In this document: one piece after another, positions 40,434 through 50,882 of the stretch
How positions within the stretch are numbered: the stretch's first letter is position 1
Layout: each line of letters begins with the position of its first letter
From: a virus
IMG/VR virus record: IMGVR_UViG_3300031920_000359
Direction: 5' to 3' (one strand)
DNA: 64,000 nt
Program-made: the position numbers and the translations under genes
Notes under the pieces: model-generated
What the model saw: the letters and a program-made list of their open reading frames with translations, nothing else
Databases searched by the model: none
Told to the model about the DNA's origin: nothing

Positions 40434-42206
40434 ATGGGAACTACTTATTATATTGATTGGGAGAACGGTGACGATGCAAATGATGGTATCACTAAAGATA
40501 CTCCCTGGCAGCGAGCACCAGGGATGCGTGGTTGTTGGGTAGGGGATACTGGTGGCAACGCCAATGCTAAACGAATTGCAGGTGGTGTCGCTGGAGACCA
40601 ATTCATTCTTAAAGGTGGTGTAACTTGGCCCAAAGAAGCACTCTCATGGGACTGGTATTTCGGATCAGGAACAGAAGCCGACCCTATTTATTTCGGTGTT
40701 GATCTGACATGGTACTCCGGTGCTTCATGGTCACGACCAATATTAGATGTTCAAGGGACTGAAACCAATATGAGTCCCGAAGGTATTGTGTCTATGATGC
40801 GCGCATATGGAAATCGGCATGTCATTGATAATATTGAGTTTACAGGTGTTGCTCAACTGCATGGTGGAAATAATGGCTATGGTGCTACAATGTTATCTCA
40901 TGGTACGTCTTCGCCATCAGGCGGTGAGATTAAAAACTGTTACTTCCATGGGTGGTCACATGGACCAACAACTGCCGGTATATGGGATTCTGGTGTAGAT
41001 GCAGGGCAAATTGCAGGAGATAATTCTAGAGTTATCAACACTGGTACAATAGGTGGAGAGCCCGACTTTGATCTGAAGGTACATCACAATGTAATCGATG
41101 GGTCTGATACCACTGGTGATATGATACAGGCGTATCGGGGGTCTGCCGGACATTTCTATAACAACTATATTGGGTACACATCTAACGGTATTATTACAGT
41201 TAATCTTGGTTATGTTTGGGGGAACACCTTCGATCATATAGCAGTAAATGATACAAATAAAACATGCCCCGGATATCCTGATGGATATTTCTCTTTTTGT
41301 TGTAGTATGCATGGGAATGGGATTGAAACCTATGGGACACAGTATCCGATCTATAACAACCTATTTTCATCTATAGGGGGTGGATCCAATTTAATCCTGT
41401 ACCCAACAGCCTTGGATACTACATACATTTTCAACAATGTTATTTATAATGACACTAATTGTACGATGCAACTTGGAGCGCAGTCTATGACTGAAGATAA
41501 TATCGCTGGATATTATATTTTTAACAATACAATACAAAATAGTTTTTATGGATGTACTATAAGTGGTCCTGCACAAACCTATGAATTTTCATTTAGTACA
41601 ATCCAGAATAATCACGTGATTGGTTCACCATATCTGGATGATAGCTTAATCGCCATGGTAGCAACAACTCTAATAGTGATTCCTAACATTGAACACACGC
41701 CTGAAGAGGCAACCAGCGCAGGATATGCTTCATCCGGAACATATCCATATCTACCTCCAGCGGGAGGAGTAACCGTTGGGGCTGGTACGAATTTGCAAAG
41801 TATCGCAGCAGGAATTCCCTCCACAATAATATCAGATGCAGCAACGGCAGCGTTGAGTGATACGTCCTGTGGGGTCGAGTACGATGCAATCAATCATATT
41901 ATTATTGGTCAAAAAAGAACTCCAATAGTAAGGGGTTCTGTTTGGGACATTGGTGCTTATGAATACGAAACACCCTCTGTCGCTTGTGAAAATGTAATTT
42001 GTGATGACATATGTGATGGTACTACTAGATATTATAACGGAATCTGCGATCCTGAAACAGGTGAATGTCTTTACGCTTTTGAAGAAAATTCAATAGATTG
42101 TGGATATATCCCGCCTGATGAACCCATAGAAGAAACACCTATTATGACTTATGTTATGATTGGTGGTATTGGTTTAACATTGTTAAGTATACTTAGTAAG
42201 AAATAG
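40434..42206 (+). CDS. Parallel beta-helix (pectin-lyase-like) protein with Cys cassette and tail anchor
   Basis: YYIDWENGDDANDG, xHHNVID-type repeats, WDIGAYEY, CENVICDD cassette, YVMIGGIGLTLLSILSKK. Confidence 0.75.
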   Translation: MGTTYYIDWENGDDANDGITKDTPWQRAPGMRGCWVGDTGGNANAKRIAGGVAGDQFILKGGVTWPKEALSWDWYFGSGTEADPIYFGVDLTWYSGASWSRPILDVQGTETNMSPEGIVSMMRAYGNRHVIDNIEFTGVAQLHGGNNGYGATMLSHGTSSPSGGEIKNCYFHGWSHGPTTAGIWDSGVDAGQIAGDNSRVINTGTIGGEPDFDLKVHHNVIDGSDTTGDMIQAYRGSAGHFYNNYIGYTSNGIITVNLGYVWGNTFDHIAVNDTNKTCPGYPDGYFSFCCSMHGNGIETYGTQYPIYNNLFSSIGGGSNLILYPTALDTTYIFNNVIYNDTNCTMQLGAQSMTEDNIAGYYIFNNTIQNSFYGCTISGPAQTYEFSFSTIQNNHVIGSPYLDDSLIAMVATTLIVIPNIEHTPEEATSAGYASSGTYPYLPPAGGVTVGAGTNLQSIAAGIPSTIISDAATAALSDTSCGVEYDAINHIIIGQKRTPIVRGSVWDIGAYEYETPSVACENVICDDICDGTTRYYNGICDPETGECLYAFEENSIDCGYIPPDEPIEETPIMTYVMIGGIGLTLLSILSKK

Positions 42207-42238
42207 GATTGAAATATATAAATTATTGAGGTAAGAAA

Positions 42239-42787
42239 ATGGGAAAATTGAAACCTTTGTCAGAAGACTTGGTTGGAGTTGATATTGATGGTAAAGATGC
42301 TATTACTGCAAATGCTTTTATATATGGACAAGAATCAAGTGGAATATCACATCCTGTGCATGTTGATAATAATGGGGATATTATAATATCAGGTTCTTCT
42401 GGTACTACTGTTTATGGTGATAAAATTCCTACTGCCTCTTGTGCGGCGGGAGCAGCAATTCAATTTGATATTACTTCATTTTATGATTTAGTTACATTAA
42501 ATCAAGTAGGTATTACGCAATTAGTTGCCGGAACTTATAACTATACCCTTGAAATATGGGAAAAAGATTCTGGGGGATATACACCAGGTACTTATACTGA
42601 CCATTATTTAAAGATATTCAGTCGAGATATTGACGTTAGAGAATACCGTGAAAACATTGATATGGGATTACTTTATCGTGACAGAGATGCTACAGGAGAA
42701 TTACATATGAGAATAATAAATACTGCCGCACCATTAGGTACAACGTCAGCTTTTAATATAAGCATAGTCGGCACAATATCTGGATAA
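42239..42787 (+). CDS. Beta-rich structural protein
   Basis: ORF track; strand pattern. Confidence 0.5.
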   Translation: MGKLKPLSEDLVGVDIDGKDAITANAFIYGQESSGISHPVHVDNNGDIIISGSSGTTVYGDKIPTASCAAGAAIQFDITSFYDLVTLNQVGITQLVAGTYNYTLEIWEKDSGGYTPGTYTDHYLKIFSRDIDVREYRENIDMGLLYRDRDATGELHMRIINTAAPLGTTSAFNISIVGTISG

Positions 42788-42822
42788 GAGACTAAGTAGA
42801 AAAATACGATAACATAAGAGGT

Positions 42823-44505
42823 TTGATAAATATGACTGATTATTATGTAAAAAATGGCGGGAATGATGGTGATAGTGGACTAAGTGATGCTGAAGCATGG
42901 GAAACTATTACTCATATGAATAGTATAAATTTTGCAAACAATGATATTATTAATTTAAAACGCAATAGTATTTTCATTGATGCAACATTAACATTAAATT
43001 CTACTGTTGTAGGACGAAGTGGAATTACTGTACAAGACTATGGTATTGGAAATAAACCGTGGATTAATGGTAATTTTGTGCAACCAATCAAGATAGTTCA
43101 TGTCTTGATTAATCTAACATTAAAAAATATAGATATAAGTGGGCAAGATTGGTTAGTAACAAAGGGAGATAATATTGATTTAGATAATATAAATGGTATA
43201 GTTTTAGATGGAATTGAAGGAAATGGTTGGTATAATTATAAGGGAGTCAATCAGGGCAAAAACGCTATTACAATGGCCTATTGTTCTGGACATATAGAAA
43301 TTAAAAATTGTAATTTATATAATTGGGGATTGCTTACATTGCCAGTAAGTGGTGGCACAGATTATTGTGCGATACATTTATCACAACACGATAATGGAAT
43401 ATTGTTAATTCATAACAACATTGCACATGATTTACAAGCAGATGCTGTTCAAAGACAATTTTGTTCTGCACCAATGGAATTATATCATAATACATTTTAT
43501 AATTGTGGTGAAAATTGTTACGATGATAAAGGAAGTGAAAATTCAAAAATTTATGAAAATAATTTTTATCGTGATCTTGATTTTACTGGCCCAGGACAAC
43601 ATGAAGGATTTTTAGTGACATATCATGGAGAAGTTACAACTGAATCAAAAAATCATGAGCTTTATAATAATTATTTTTCAGATACCGAATTTCCTGCTGT
43701 TTGGATATCTGGTTTATTAGTGGCAAATATTAACAATATAGATATACATCATAATTATATTTTAAATTGTGCTTCAGCATTTAAAATAGGAAGCAACACT
43801 AACAATGTATCAATTTATAATAATTGTATTAATGGAACGTTTGGTGTTGGTGGTAGATTTTATTATGAAAACAATGCAAATTTAGGCATAAAGGTATATA
43901 ATAATACGTTTTATAGTGAAAATCAAATGAGTTATGGTGTTTGGTTACAATATTCAAATGCTGAGTTTATTAATAATATTTTTTATATGAATGATTCAAA
44001 CTCTTATTTATTATATAAAATAGCAGGAAACCCAACATTATCAAATAATATTTGGTATAATAATGCAAATACAGATTATTTATATTGGGAAGGTACTGTT
44101 TATACTGTATCACAACTAGCAAATTGGCTTACACAAGGACATTCAGAAGAACAATTTACTAATCCTCTTTTTGTTAATATAACAAATAATGATTTTAATT
44201 TACAAGCTACTTCACCTGCAAAAGATGCTGGCGTTGATGTCGGGCTACCTTTTGTTGGTGTAGCTCCTGATATAGGGGCTATTGAATATGGACTATCAGA
44301 TCCATGTGAAAATGTAATTTGTGATGATATATGTGTTGGAACCACTAGATATCATAGTGGTGTCTGTATTGATGGAGAATGTCTTTATGCTTTTGAAGAA
44401 AACTCAGAAGAATGTGGATATATATCAGAAGGATTATCAACAACGCAGTATCTTATGATAGGTGGAGTAGGAATAGCTTTGTTAAGTTTGCTTAGTAAGA
44501 AATAG
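42823..44505 (+). CDS. Parallel beta-helix protein with Cys cassette and tail anchor
   Basis: YYVKNGGND..SG, many I.NN.F repeats, PDIGAIEY, CENVICDD cassette, YLMIGGVGIALLSLLSKK. Confidence 0.8.
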   Translation: MINMTDYYVKNGGNDGDSGLSDAEAWETITHMNSINFANNDIINLKRNSIFIDATLTLNSTVVGRSGITVQDYGIGNKPWINGNFVQPIKIVHVLINLTLKNIDISGQDWLVTKGDNIDLDNINGIVLDGIEGNGWYNYKGVNQGKNAITMAYCSGHIEIKNCNLYNWGLLTLPVSGGTDYCAIHLSQHDNGILLIHNNIAHDLQADAVQRQFCSAPMELYHNTFYNCGENCYDDKGSENSKIYENNFYRDLDFTGPGQHEGFLVTYHGEVTTESKNHELYNNYFSDTEFPAVWISGLLVANINNIDIHHNYILNCASAFKIGSNTNNVSIYNNCINGTFGVGGRFYYENNANLGIKVYNNTFYSENQMSYGVWLQYSNAEFINNIFYMNDSNSYLLYKIAGNPTLSNNIWYNNANTDYLYWEGTVYTVSQLANWLTQGHSEEQFTNPLFVNITNNDFNLQATSPAKDAGVDVGLPFVGVAPDIGAIEYGLSDPCENVICDDICVGTTRYHSGVCIDGECLYAFEENSEECGYISEGLSTTQYLMIGGVGIALLSLLSKK

Positions 44506-44520
44506 GATTAGTGATATCAG

Positions 44521-45207
44521 ATGGCGGGACTTGTAGTTAAAAATAATATTGAAAGTTTGGTAGTAAATGCTCCGTTGGCTGCTGGAGTACTTACTTTAAA
44601 TGTTACAGCTGGAACTGGTGTTAGATTTCCTGCTACATTTCCGTATCGTATAACTATATGGGATGAAGTTACTTATCCTGATCCTACTGATGATTCAAAT
44701 ATGGAAGTTGTGCATTGTACTAATCGAGTGGTTGACGCTTTAACTATTACTAGAGCAGCTGAAAGTACGACTGATGTATCACATGCAGCAGGTTCGAGAG
44801 CATCAATGTTAATTACTGCAGCACATTTTAATGATCCTACTTATGGTCTTCAATCTCAAATTGATGCTATTACTTGCCAAAAAGAAACTTTGACAAAAAC
44901 TAACGATTATACTATCGTATCAGATGATTTGTGTAAATCTTTAAGAATGAATTCAGCAATTGCTAAAACTTTTACGTTTCCTTCCGTTGGTGCAACGGAT
45001 GACGGAATGAGAATTACCCTTATAAAAATTGGTGCAGGTCGGCTTACTTTACAAATGGTAGATACGGATAAAATACACAATTCTTCTGCTACAGGGACAA
45101 TGTATAACGAAGAGGCAGCAGAAATATTTGCTCGTGTTGACGCAGAGTATTGCCACACCACAACTACTTGGAACGTACTTGCATCAGGTACTTGGATAAC
45201 AACATAG
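44521..45207 (+). CDS. Fibre/baseplate-like structural protein
   Basis: TLTITRAAESTT...H.AG and TLTKTNDYTI...TFTFP motifs typical of virion fibre proteins. Confidence 0.45.
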   Translation: MAGLVVKNNIESLVVNAPLAAGVLTLNVTAGTGVRFPATFPYRITIWDEVTYPDPTDDSNMEVVHCTNRVVDALTITRAAESTTDVSHAAGSRASMLITAAHFNDPTYGLQSQIDAITCQKETLTKTNDYTIVSDDLCKSLRMNSAIAKTFTFPSVGATDDGMRITLIKIGAGRLTLQMVDTDKIHNSSATGTMYNEEAAEIFARVDAEYCHTTTTWNVLASGTWITT

Positions 45208-45245
45208 ATATACCAATAAATCTTAGTTTTGAGAGGAAATGAACT

Positions 45246-46778
45246 ATGTCAAATATGAGAGTAACCCATATGTTATATACTGATGCAGCTGCTCCTCCTC
45301 CTGTAACTGCTTTTATTTCTGTTTGGGATACGTCAACCACATATACCGGTTCAAGTGCTGCAGACCAAGTTAAGTTACCTCTTGAACTTAGTGGAAATTA
45401 TAATTTTACAGTAGATTGGGGTGATACAAATTCTGATACTATTACAATTTGGAATGAAGCTGCAACAACTCATACTTATGCAGTTCCTGGTATATATACA
45501 ATATCAATTGAAGGAACTATTACTGGATGGAGATTCAATAACGGAGGAGACGATAGGAAAATTACTGATGTAACAAATTGTGGATGTTTAAATGTTGGTA
45601 ATAATGATAGTTACTTCCAGGGTTGTTCAAACCTTGTTTGGACAGCAACTGATGCATTAGATACAACTGGTACAACTAATATGTACCAAATGTTTTATAG
45701 TGCTCGTGTTTTTAATGGTGATATAGATAATTGGGATGTATCAAGTGTAACCGATATGGATAGTATGTTTTATTATGCTTTTGATTTTAATCAAGATATT
45801 GGTGGTTGGGATGTATCAAGTGTAACAAATATGGATAATATGTTTTATTTTGCTGAAATGTTTAATCAAGATTTAGATTCTTGGGATGTATCAAATGTTT
45901 TAACAATGAAATTTATGTTTAGTTATGCACTTACCTTTAATGGTAATATAAGTTCTTGGGCTGTATCAAGTGTTACATTAATGCCTGCAATGTTTAATGA
46001 TGCTTTTGATTTTAATCAAGATATTGGTGGTTGGGATGTATCAAGTGTAACAAATATGGATAATATGTTTGCTGGTGATATTGCATTCAATCAAGATATA
46101 AGTTCTTGGGTTGTATCCAGTGTAATAAGTATGGATGGTATGTTTGCTAGCACTATTGCATTCAATCAAGATATAAGTTCTTGGGATGTATCAAGTGTTG
46201 CATCAATGCATGGTATGTTTGATAGTGCAACAGCATTTAATCAAAATATCGGCGGTTGGAATGTTGGATTAGTTACAAATATGGATTATATGTTTTTGGG
46301 AGCAACATTATTTAATCAGAATATTGGTGGTTGGAACATATCAAATGTTACAACAATGAATAGAATGTTCCGTGATGCTATTGCATTTAATCAAGATATT
46401 GGAAGTTGGAATGTTGGATTAGTAACAGATATGGATTATATGTTTTATGGTGCAACATTATTTAATCAGAATATTGGTGGTTGGAATGTTGGATTAGTTA
46501 CAGATATGGAACATATGTTTGAAAATGCTATTGCTTTTGACCAAGATATAGGTGGTTGGGATATAACATCATTATTATATGCTTTAAATATGTTTACAGG
46601 TATTGCACTTTCAACAGCAGACTATGATGCTCTTTTAATTGGTTGGGAAGCACAAGTAGAACAACCAAATGTTACATTTAGTGGTGGTAATAGTACATAT
46701 AATGCTGGAGCTCCTGCTACAGCAAGAGCAGCTTTGGTGGCTAATGGTTGGGTTATAACTGATGGTGGGCAAGTATAA
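45246..46778 (+). CDS. BspA/DUF285-type repeat surface protein with PKD-like N-terminus
   Basis: Twelve 25-aa F(N/D)QDIGGWDVSSVTNM..MF-type units; VDWGD...HTY. Confidence 0.9.
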   Translation: MSNMRVTHMLYTDAAAPPPVTAFISVWDTSTTYTGSSAADQVKLPLELSGNYNFTVDWGDTNSDTITIWNEAATTHTYAVPGIYTISIEGTITGWRFNNGGDDRKITDVTNCGCLNVGNNDSYFQGCSNLVWTATDALDTTGTTNMYQMFYSARVFNGDIDNWDVSSVTDMDSMFYYAFDFNQDIGGWDVSSVTNMDNMFYFAEMFNQDLDSWDVSNVLTMKFMFSYALTFNGNISSWAVSSVTLMPAMFNDAFDFNQDIGGWDVSSVTNMDNMFAGDIAFNQDISSWVVSSVISMDGMFASTIAFNQDISSWDVSSVASMHGMFDSATAFNQNIGGWNVGLVTNMDYMFLGATLFNQNIGGWNISNVTTMNRMFRDAIAFNQDIGSWNVGLVTDMDYMFYGATLFNQNIGGWNVGLVTDMEHMFENAIAFDQDIGGWDITSLLYALNMFTGIALSTADYDALLIGWEAQVEQPNVTFSGGNSTYNAGAPATARAALVANGWVITDGGQV

Positions 46779-46811
46779 GTTATTATAAATAAATTATTAT
46801 GAGGTATTATT

Positions 46812-47249
46812 ATGGCAGGAAAGAATACGTTTGGAATTGATTTGACTGAAGAATTGAAAACACCACCGCCTATTGGTGGAACTACTCCTTCGACAGTTGC
46901 AGCAACGACAGTTAATACTGATATGCTTATTGAAACTGTTAAAGCACATGGAACTATAGCAACGGGTACAGAAGATTTTGATCTTGATAATGGCCCATAT
47001 CATACAGTTACAGCCGGTGGTGACTTTACAATAACATTTTCTAATTGGATAGCTTCAGGAGAGGTAGTTTCAATTACAATTAAATTAATTAACGCTGGTG
47101 CTCATACTATTACTTGGCCAGGAACAGTCGATTGGCCTAGTGGCACTGAACCATCTTGGACAGCAGCAGGTACAGATTTTGCTATATTATTTTCAGAAGA
47201 TGGTGGTACAACCATTTATGGAAAACGTTCAATGACAGACGTCAAATAG
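46812..47249 (+). CDS. Fibre-associated structural protein
   Basis: ITWPGTVDWPSGTEPSWTAAGTD motif typical of virion fibre proteins. Confidence 0.5.
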   Translation: MAGKNTFGIDLTEELKTPPPIGGTTPSTVAATTVNTDMLIETVKAHGTIATGTEDFDLDNGPYHTVTAGGDFTITFSNWIASGEVVSITIKLINAGAHTITWPGTVDWPSGTEPSWTAAGTDFAILFSEDGGTTIYGKRSMTDVK

Positions 47250-47457
47250 TATTTAGTATTATTAAATAGTGAGGTAGTGTATAATGTTTAATCATGCTAG
47301 ATTTAATATGATTAAGTTTAATAGTAAAATTGAAATTCCTATTACACCAACAACATTTGAATCTACTTATGACATAGGAATAACAAGAAGTTCAGTTTGG
47401 TTAGAAAAAATTGTTAGAAGACAATAATTAAATATTAATGATAAAAGGTGATGATTT

Positions 47458-48288
47458 ATGACATTTGGAGTAGATGATAAGGGACAGACAAGAGCTGAGT
47501 ATTGGTTAAGTAAGATATATCCTTTTGTAACGACAAGTGGTGGAACTGCCTTTTATGGTGTTATTACTACTGCTAATACAACTACAAACTTTAAAGTGGC
47601 TTCACTAGTAGGTATGGGTACTGATTTATTAAATGATGCTTATTATTGTCAAATAATACAAGCAGGTTCTGCGGCTCCTGAGGGGGAGTTTCAAAAAGTA
47701 TCTGCCTATGATACTTCTGATGGTGATATAACTGTTGGAGCAGCATTTACTGTAGCACCTGCTATTAACGATTATGTACTCATTCTTCACGAATCAGTTG
47801 TAGCAGCAATAGCAAATTCCACAGATAACTTATTCATGAAAGATGTAGTTGGTAATAAAACCGATACATCAGCTATTCCAAGTGCAACTACTTCAATTGT
47901 TGCAATGGTAAAAAGGGTATATGATACAGCAATTGGTATAGCAACTTCATTATTAACATTAACTGAAACTGGTGGTACTATTACAACTGATGGTACAGAA
48001 CAGAATGTATATATAAATAATGCTCCCGTTGGTGTTTTTTCACCAAGAATAGTTCAAATAGATTTTACAAATCAAACAGCAGGAGAAACAGCAATTGTCA
48101 GAGAATATTATCGTATAATATCTGGTGGTAATTTAATCATGTTAGATGAAGTAACATTTGCAGGAGTTCAAGATCCATTATTAAGAAATGTAGGATTAGA
48201 AGACAACAGATTTGGTGTCCAAGTTACAATCGAAAAAACAGTCGGAGCTAACAGAGATTACGATTACGAAGCTGTTTATAAAGTGTGA
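47458..48288 (+). CDS. Structural protein with C-terminal jelly-roll-like domain
   Basis: C-terminal ~110 aa shares strand pattern with 49079 and 52094. Confidence 0.45.
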   Translation: MTFGVDDKGQTRAEYWLSKIYPFVTTSGGTAFYGVITTANTTTNFKVASLVGMGTDLLNDAYYCQIIQAGSAAPEGEFQKVSAYDTSDGDITVGAAFTVAPAINDYVLILHESVVAAIANSTDNLFMKDVVGNKTDTSAIPSATTSIVAMVKRVYDTAIGIATSLLTLTETGGTITTDGTEQNVYINNAPVGVFSPRIVQIDFTNQTAGETAIVREYYRIISGGNLIMLDEVTFAGVQDPLLRNVGLEDNRFGVQVTIEKTVGANRDYDYEAVYKV

Positions 48289-49013
48289 GGTTACAAAGTA
48301 TGAGTTCATATGGTTACGATTTGATACCTGAAAATGAAGATATGCTACTTGATTTACCTTTTTATGAAGATATAGGTACAATAACAAGAGATCAAGCTAA
48401 ACCTCATCATCAAGATGTAGATTTAATCTTAACTCCAACTTGGGATAGTGTAGCTAGTGGATTAGGTGTAATTACTCTTGATGGTTTAACAAATGAATAT
48501 CTTAACTTAGCAAATGCTAACTGTGTTGACTTAGATTTTACAATAGGTGATTATAGTATTGGAGGCTGGATGAACTGGTCATCTGGTGATTTATCACAAA
48601 TAATACTTGGTAGATATGAACTTGATGTTAGTGGTTGGGAAGTATATTTAACTGAAACAGGAGCACTTCGTTATTTAAGTTTGCGACATCATCATGCTGC
48701 TGGTACAGCAGTAAGAACTGCATGCTACTCGTTAGGCTGGACACAAAATACTTGGTGTTTCTTTGGTATTAGTCGAAGTGGCATAGCAGCAATACATTAT
48801 AAAAACGGTGTTGCTTTAACTACAACACATAGTGTTGGTGGATTAGAAGATATAGAAACATGTGCTGAAGACTTAGCCATTGGAATAAGATATACAAAAG
48901 ATGCTAATCGTTACAAAGGTTCTCAGTGGAGACCAAGAATATGGAACAAAAGTCTTACAGCAAACGAATGGCTAAACATATTTGAAAGAGAAAGAGATTT
49001 CTTCGGTGTTTAA
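48285..49013 (+). CDS. LamG/concanavalin A-like domain protein
   Basis: DYSIGGW, W.FF...R, YKNGV, IWNKSLTANE; ATG at 48300 is a likely alternative start. Confidence 0.8.
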   Translation: MRLQSMSSYGYDLIPENEDMLLDLPFYEDIGTITRDQAKPHHQDVDLILTPTWDSVASGLGVITLDGLTNEYLNLANANCVDLDFTIGDYSIGGWMNWSSGDLSQIILGRYELDVSGWEVYLTETGALRYLSLRHHHAAGTAVRTACYSLGWTQNTWCFFGISRSGIAAIHYKNGVALTTTHSVGGLEDIETCAEDLAIGIRYTKDANRYKGSQWRPRIWNKSLTANEWLNIFERERDFFGV

Positions 49014-49078
49014 ATTATTAGTATTTAAATTATTGGTGTTTAAACTAACAATATTAAAAATATAGAAGGTATATAATT

Positions 49079-49501
49079 ATGATAGATGAGTTGGGTAGAA
49101 TAAATGAGATAAAGGCAAAAACTGACCAATTGAATTCGGCGTTTGGAACTTCTACACTAAACGATGCAAATACATCAGATATAATTGTTCCAACAACGTT
49201 GCCTGCAAACGTTCACATTATATTTGATATTAGTAATATAGTTGTAGCTGCTGATGATTTTGATATTGAAGTTAAAGTAGGTGTTGCTGCATCGGAACGA
49301 GTAATTGCATATTATAATATAACTTCTGATGGAGCAGATACTACTATAGATAAAGGAAGTGGCACAGGTTCAGTTGTAAAGCAACGTAAAATTGATATTT
49401 CAGATATTTTAGTCTATGAAAGTGAACAATTAATAGTTGAATTGACAAAGAATGGAGCTACAGATAGAGATGTTGTATATAAATATACCTATGGGGTGTG
49501 A
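49079..49501 (+). CDS. Beta-rich structural protein (MIDE family)
   Basis: MIDELGRI start shared with 52094 (MIDEIGKI). Confidence 0.5.
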   Translation: MIDELGRINEIKAKTDQLNSAFGTSTLNDANTSDIIVPTTLPANVHIIFDISNIVVAADDFDIEVKVGVAASERVIAYYNITSDGADTTIDKGSGTGSVVKQRKIDISDILVYESEQLIVELTKNGATDRDVVYKYTYGV

Positions 49502-49504
49502 ACA

Positions 49505-50656
49505 ATGGAAGATAATATCCCAGTAGCTGGAGGAGGATTATCCAATGTTGTTGATGATACTACTCCTCAACTTGGTGGTGCTCTTGATGCTAATGATTTT
49601 CAAGTTAAATGGTCAAAAGGTGCAGATGTTGCAAGTGCAAATGCTTTACCTATCTTAGCTGATGGAAATTATTTTGATGTAACTGGTGTAACAACAATTA
49701 CTAGTATTAACACAATGGGTATAGGAACATTAGTTTGTCTTCATTTTGATGGAATCTTACAAATAACTCATAATGCAACAGATTTAATTTTGCCTACAAC
49801 AGCAGATTTAACTACAGCAGCAGGCGATGAAGCAATATTTGTTGAATACGATACTGGAGATTGGCGATGTACTAATTATTCCAAAGCAGACGGTACACCA
49901 TTAGCAGGTGGTGGAGGAATGTCTAACTTAGTTGAAGATGTTACTCCTCAACTTGGTGGCGACCTCGATATGAATGGTCATAATATAGGGGGAAACACTG
50001 AAGTTCAAATAGATGATGCTGTTGCTACAAAACATACTCAAGGAACTGATACAGCACTTGGTGCTCAAGCTGAAAATCTTAATATGAACACACATAAAAT
50101 GGTTGGTGTAGTTGATCCAACGACAGACCAAGAAGCAGCAACAAAAAAGTATGTTGATGATAACGAAGGAATTGCTGCTGTTGTTGATGATACATCACCT
50201 GAGTTAGGTGGACAGCTTGTTGTACACGAATTTGATGTAAAATTAGATTCTCTTTTATCTGCTGATGGTAAGTATAGTGGAATTACTTGTGATGGTGTTC
50301 TTGGTGCAACTCTTGCTTTTGGTGATTTAGTATATTTAAATACTACTGATCAAAGATGGGAACTTGCAGACGCTGACGCTGAAGCTACAGCAGGAGATGT
50401 TATGCTTGCCCTCGTTTTAGAAGCAGGTAATGACGGTGATACAAAGCTTTTGTTATTACAAGGGTTTATAAGAGAAGATGATTGGAATTTTACTTCTTAT
50501 GGGCAAGCAATGTTTGTGGGACTTACTGCAGGGGACATAACACAAGATGTGTCAAGTTATACTACAGGAGATATTGTTAGAGTTATAGGTCATGCAAGTA
50601 CATTTGCTGACCAAATATATTTTAATCCAGACGGAACATGGCTAGAGGTAACATAA
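49505..50656 (+). CDS. Fibre-like protein with repeated VxDxTPQLGG motif
   Basis: VVDDTTPQLGG, VEDVTPQLGG, VVDDTSPELGG. Confidence 0.6.
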   Translation: MEDNIPVAGGGLSNVVDDTTPQLGGALDANDFQVKWSKGADVASANALPILADGNYFDVTGVTTITSINTMGIGTLVCLHFDGILQITHNATDLILPTTADLTTAAGDEAIFVEYDTGDWRCTNYSKADGTPLAGGGGMSNLVEDVTPQLGGDLDMNGHNIGGNTEVQIDDAVATKHTQGTDTALGAQAENLNMNTHKMVGVVDPTTDQEAATKKYVDDNEGIAAVVDDTSPELGGQLVVHEFDVKLDSLLSADGKYSGITCDGVLGATLAFGDLVYLNTTDQRWELADADAEATAGDVMLALVLEAGNDGDTKLLLLQGFIREDDWNFTSYGQAMFVGLTAGDITQDVSSYTTGDIVRVIGHASTFADQIYFNPDGTWLEVT

Positions 50657-50882
50657 AATGATTGAAATAACAGAAAATTGTCAACACACTGAAATACTTA
50701 TACGAAAACTTAGACCTAAACTCGATGTAAGTCCTAATGGAATAGTTGTAAATCAATGTTCAAATTGTGGAATGATTGAAGCTAGGTATAAAGAAAAGTT
50801 AGAATTCAATGAATGTGGTTGGGTAACTGCTTATAATAATGATAAAAAATTAAATCCAGTTAATTGTAAATAGGAGTATATT

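Noticed and set aside
45246-49013. Diversity-generating retroelement target
   Set aside because: No reverse transcriptase and no template/variable repeat pair with adenine-specific mismatches was seen in the window
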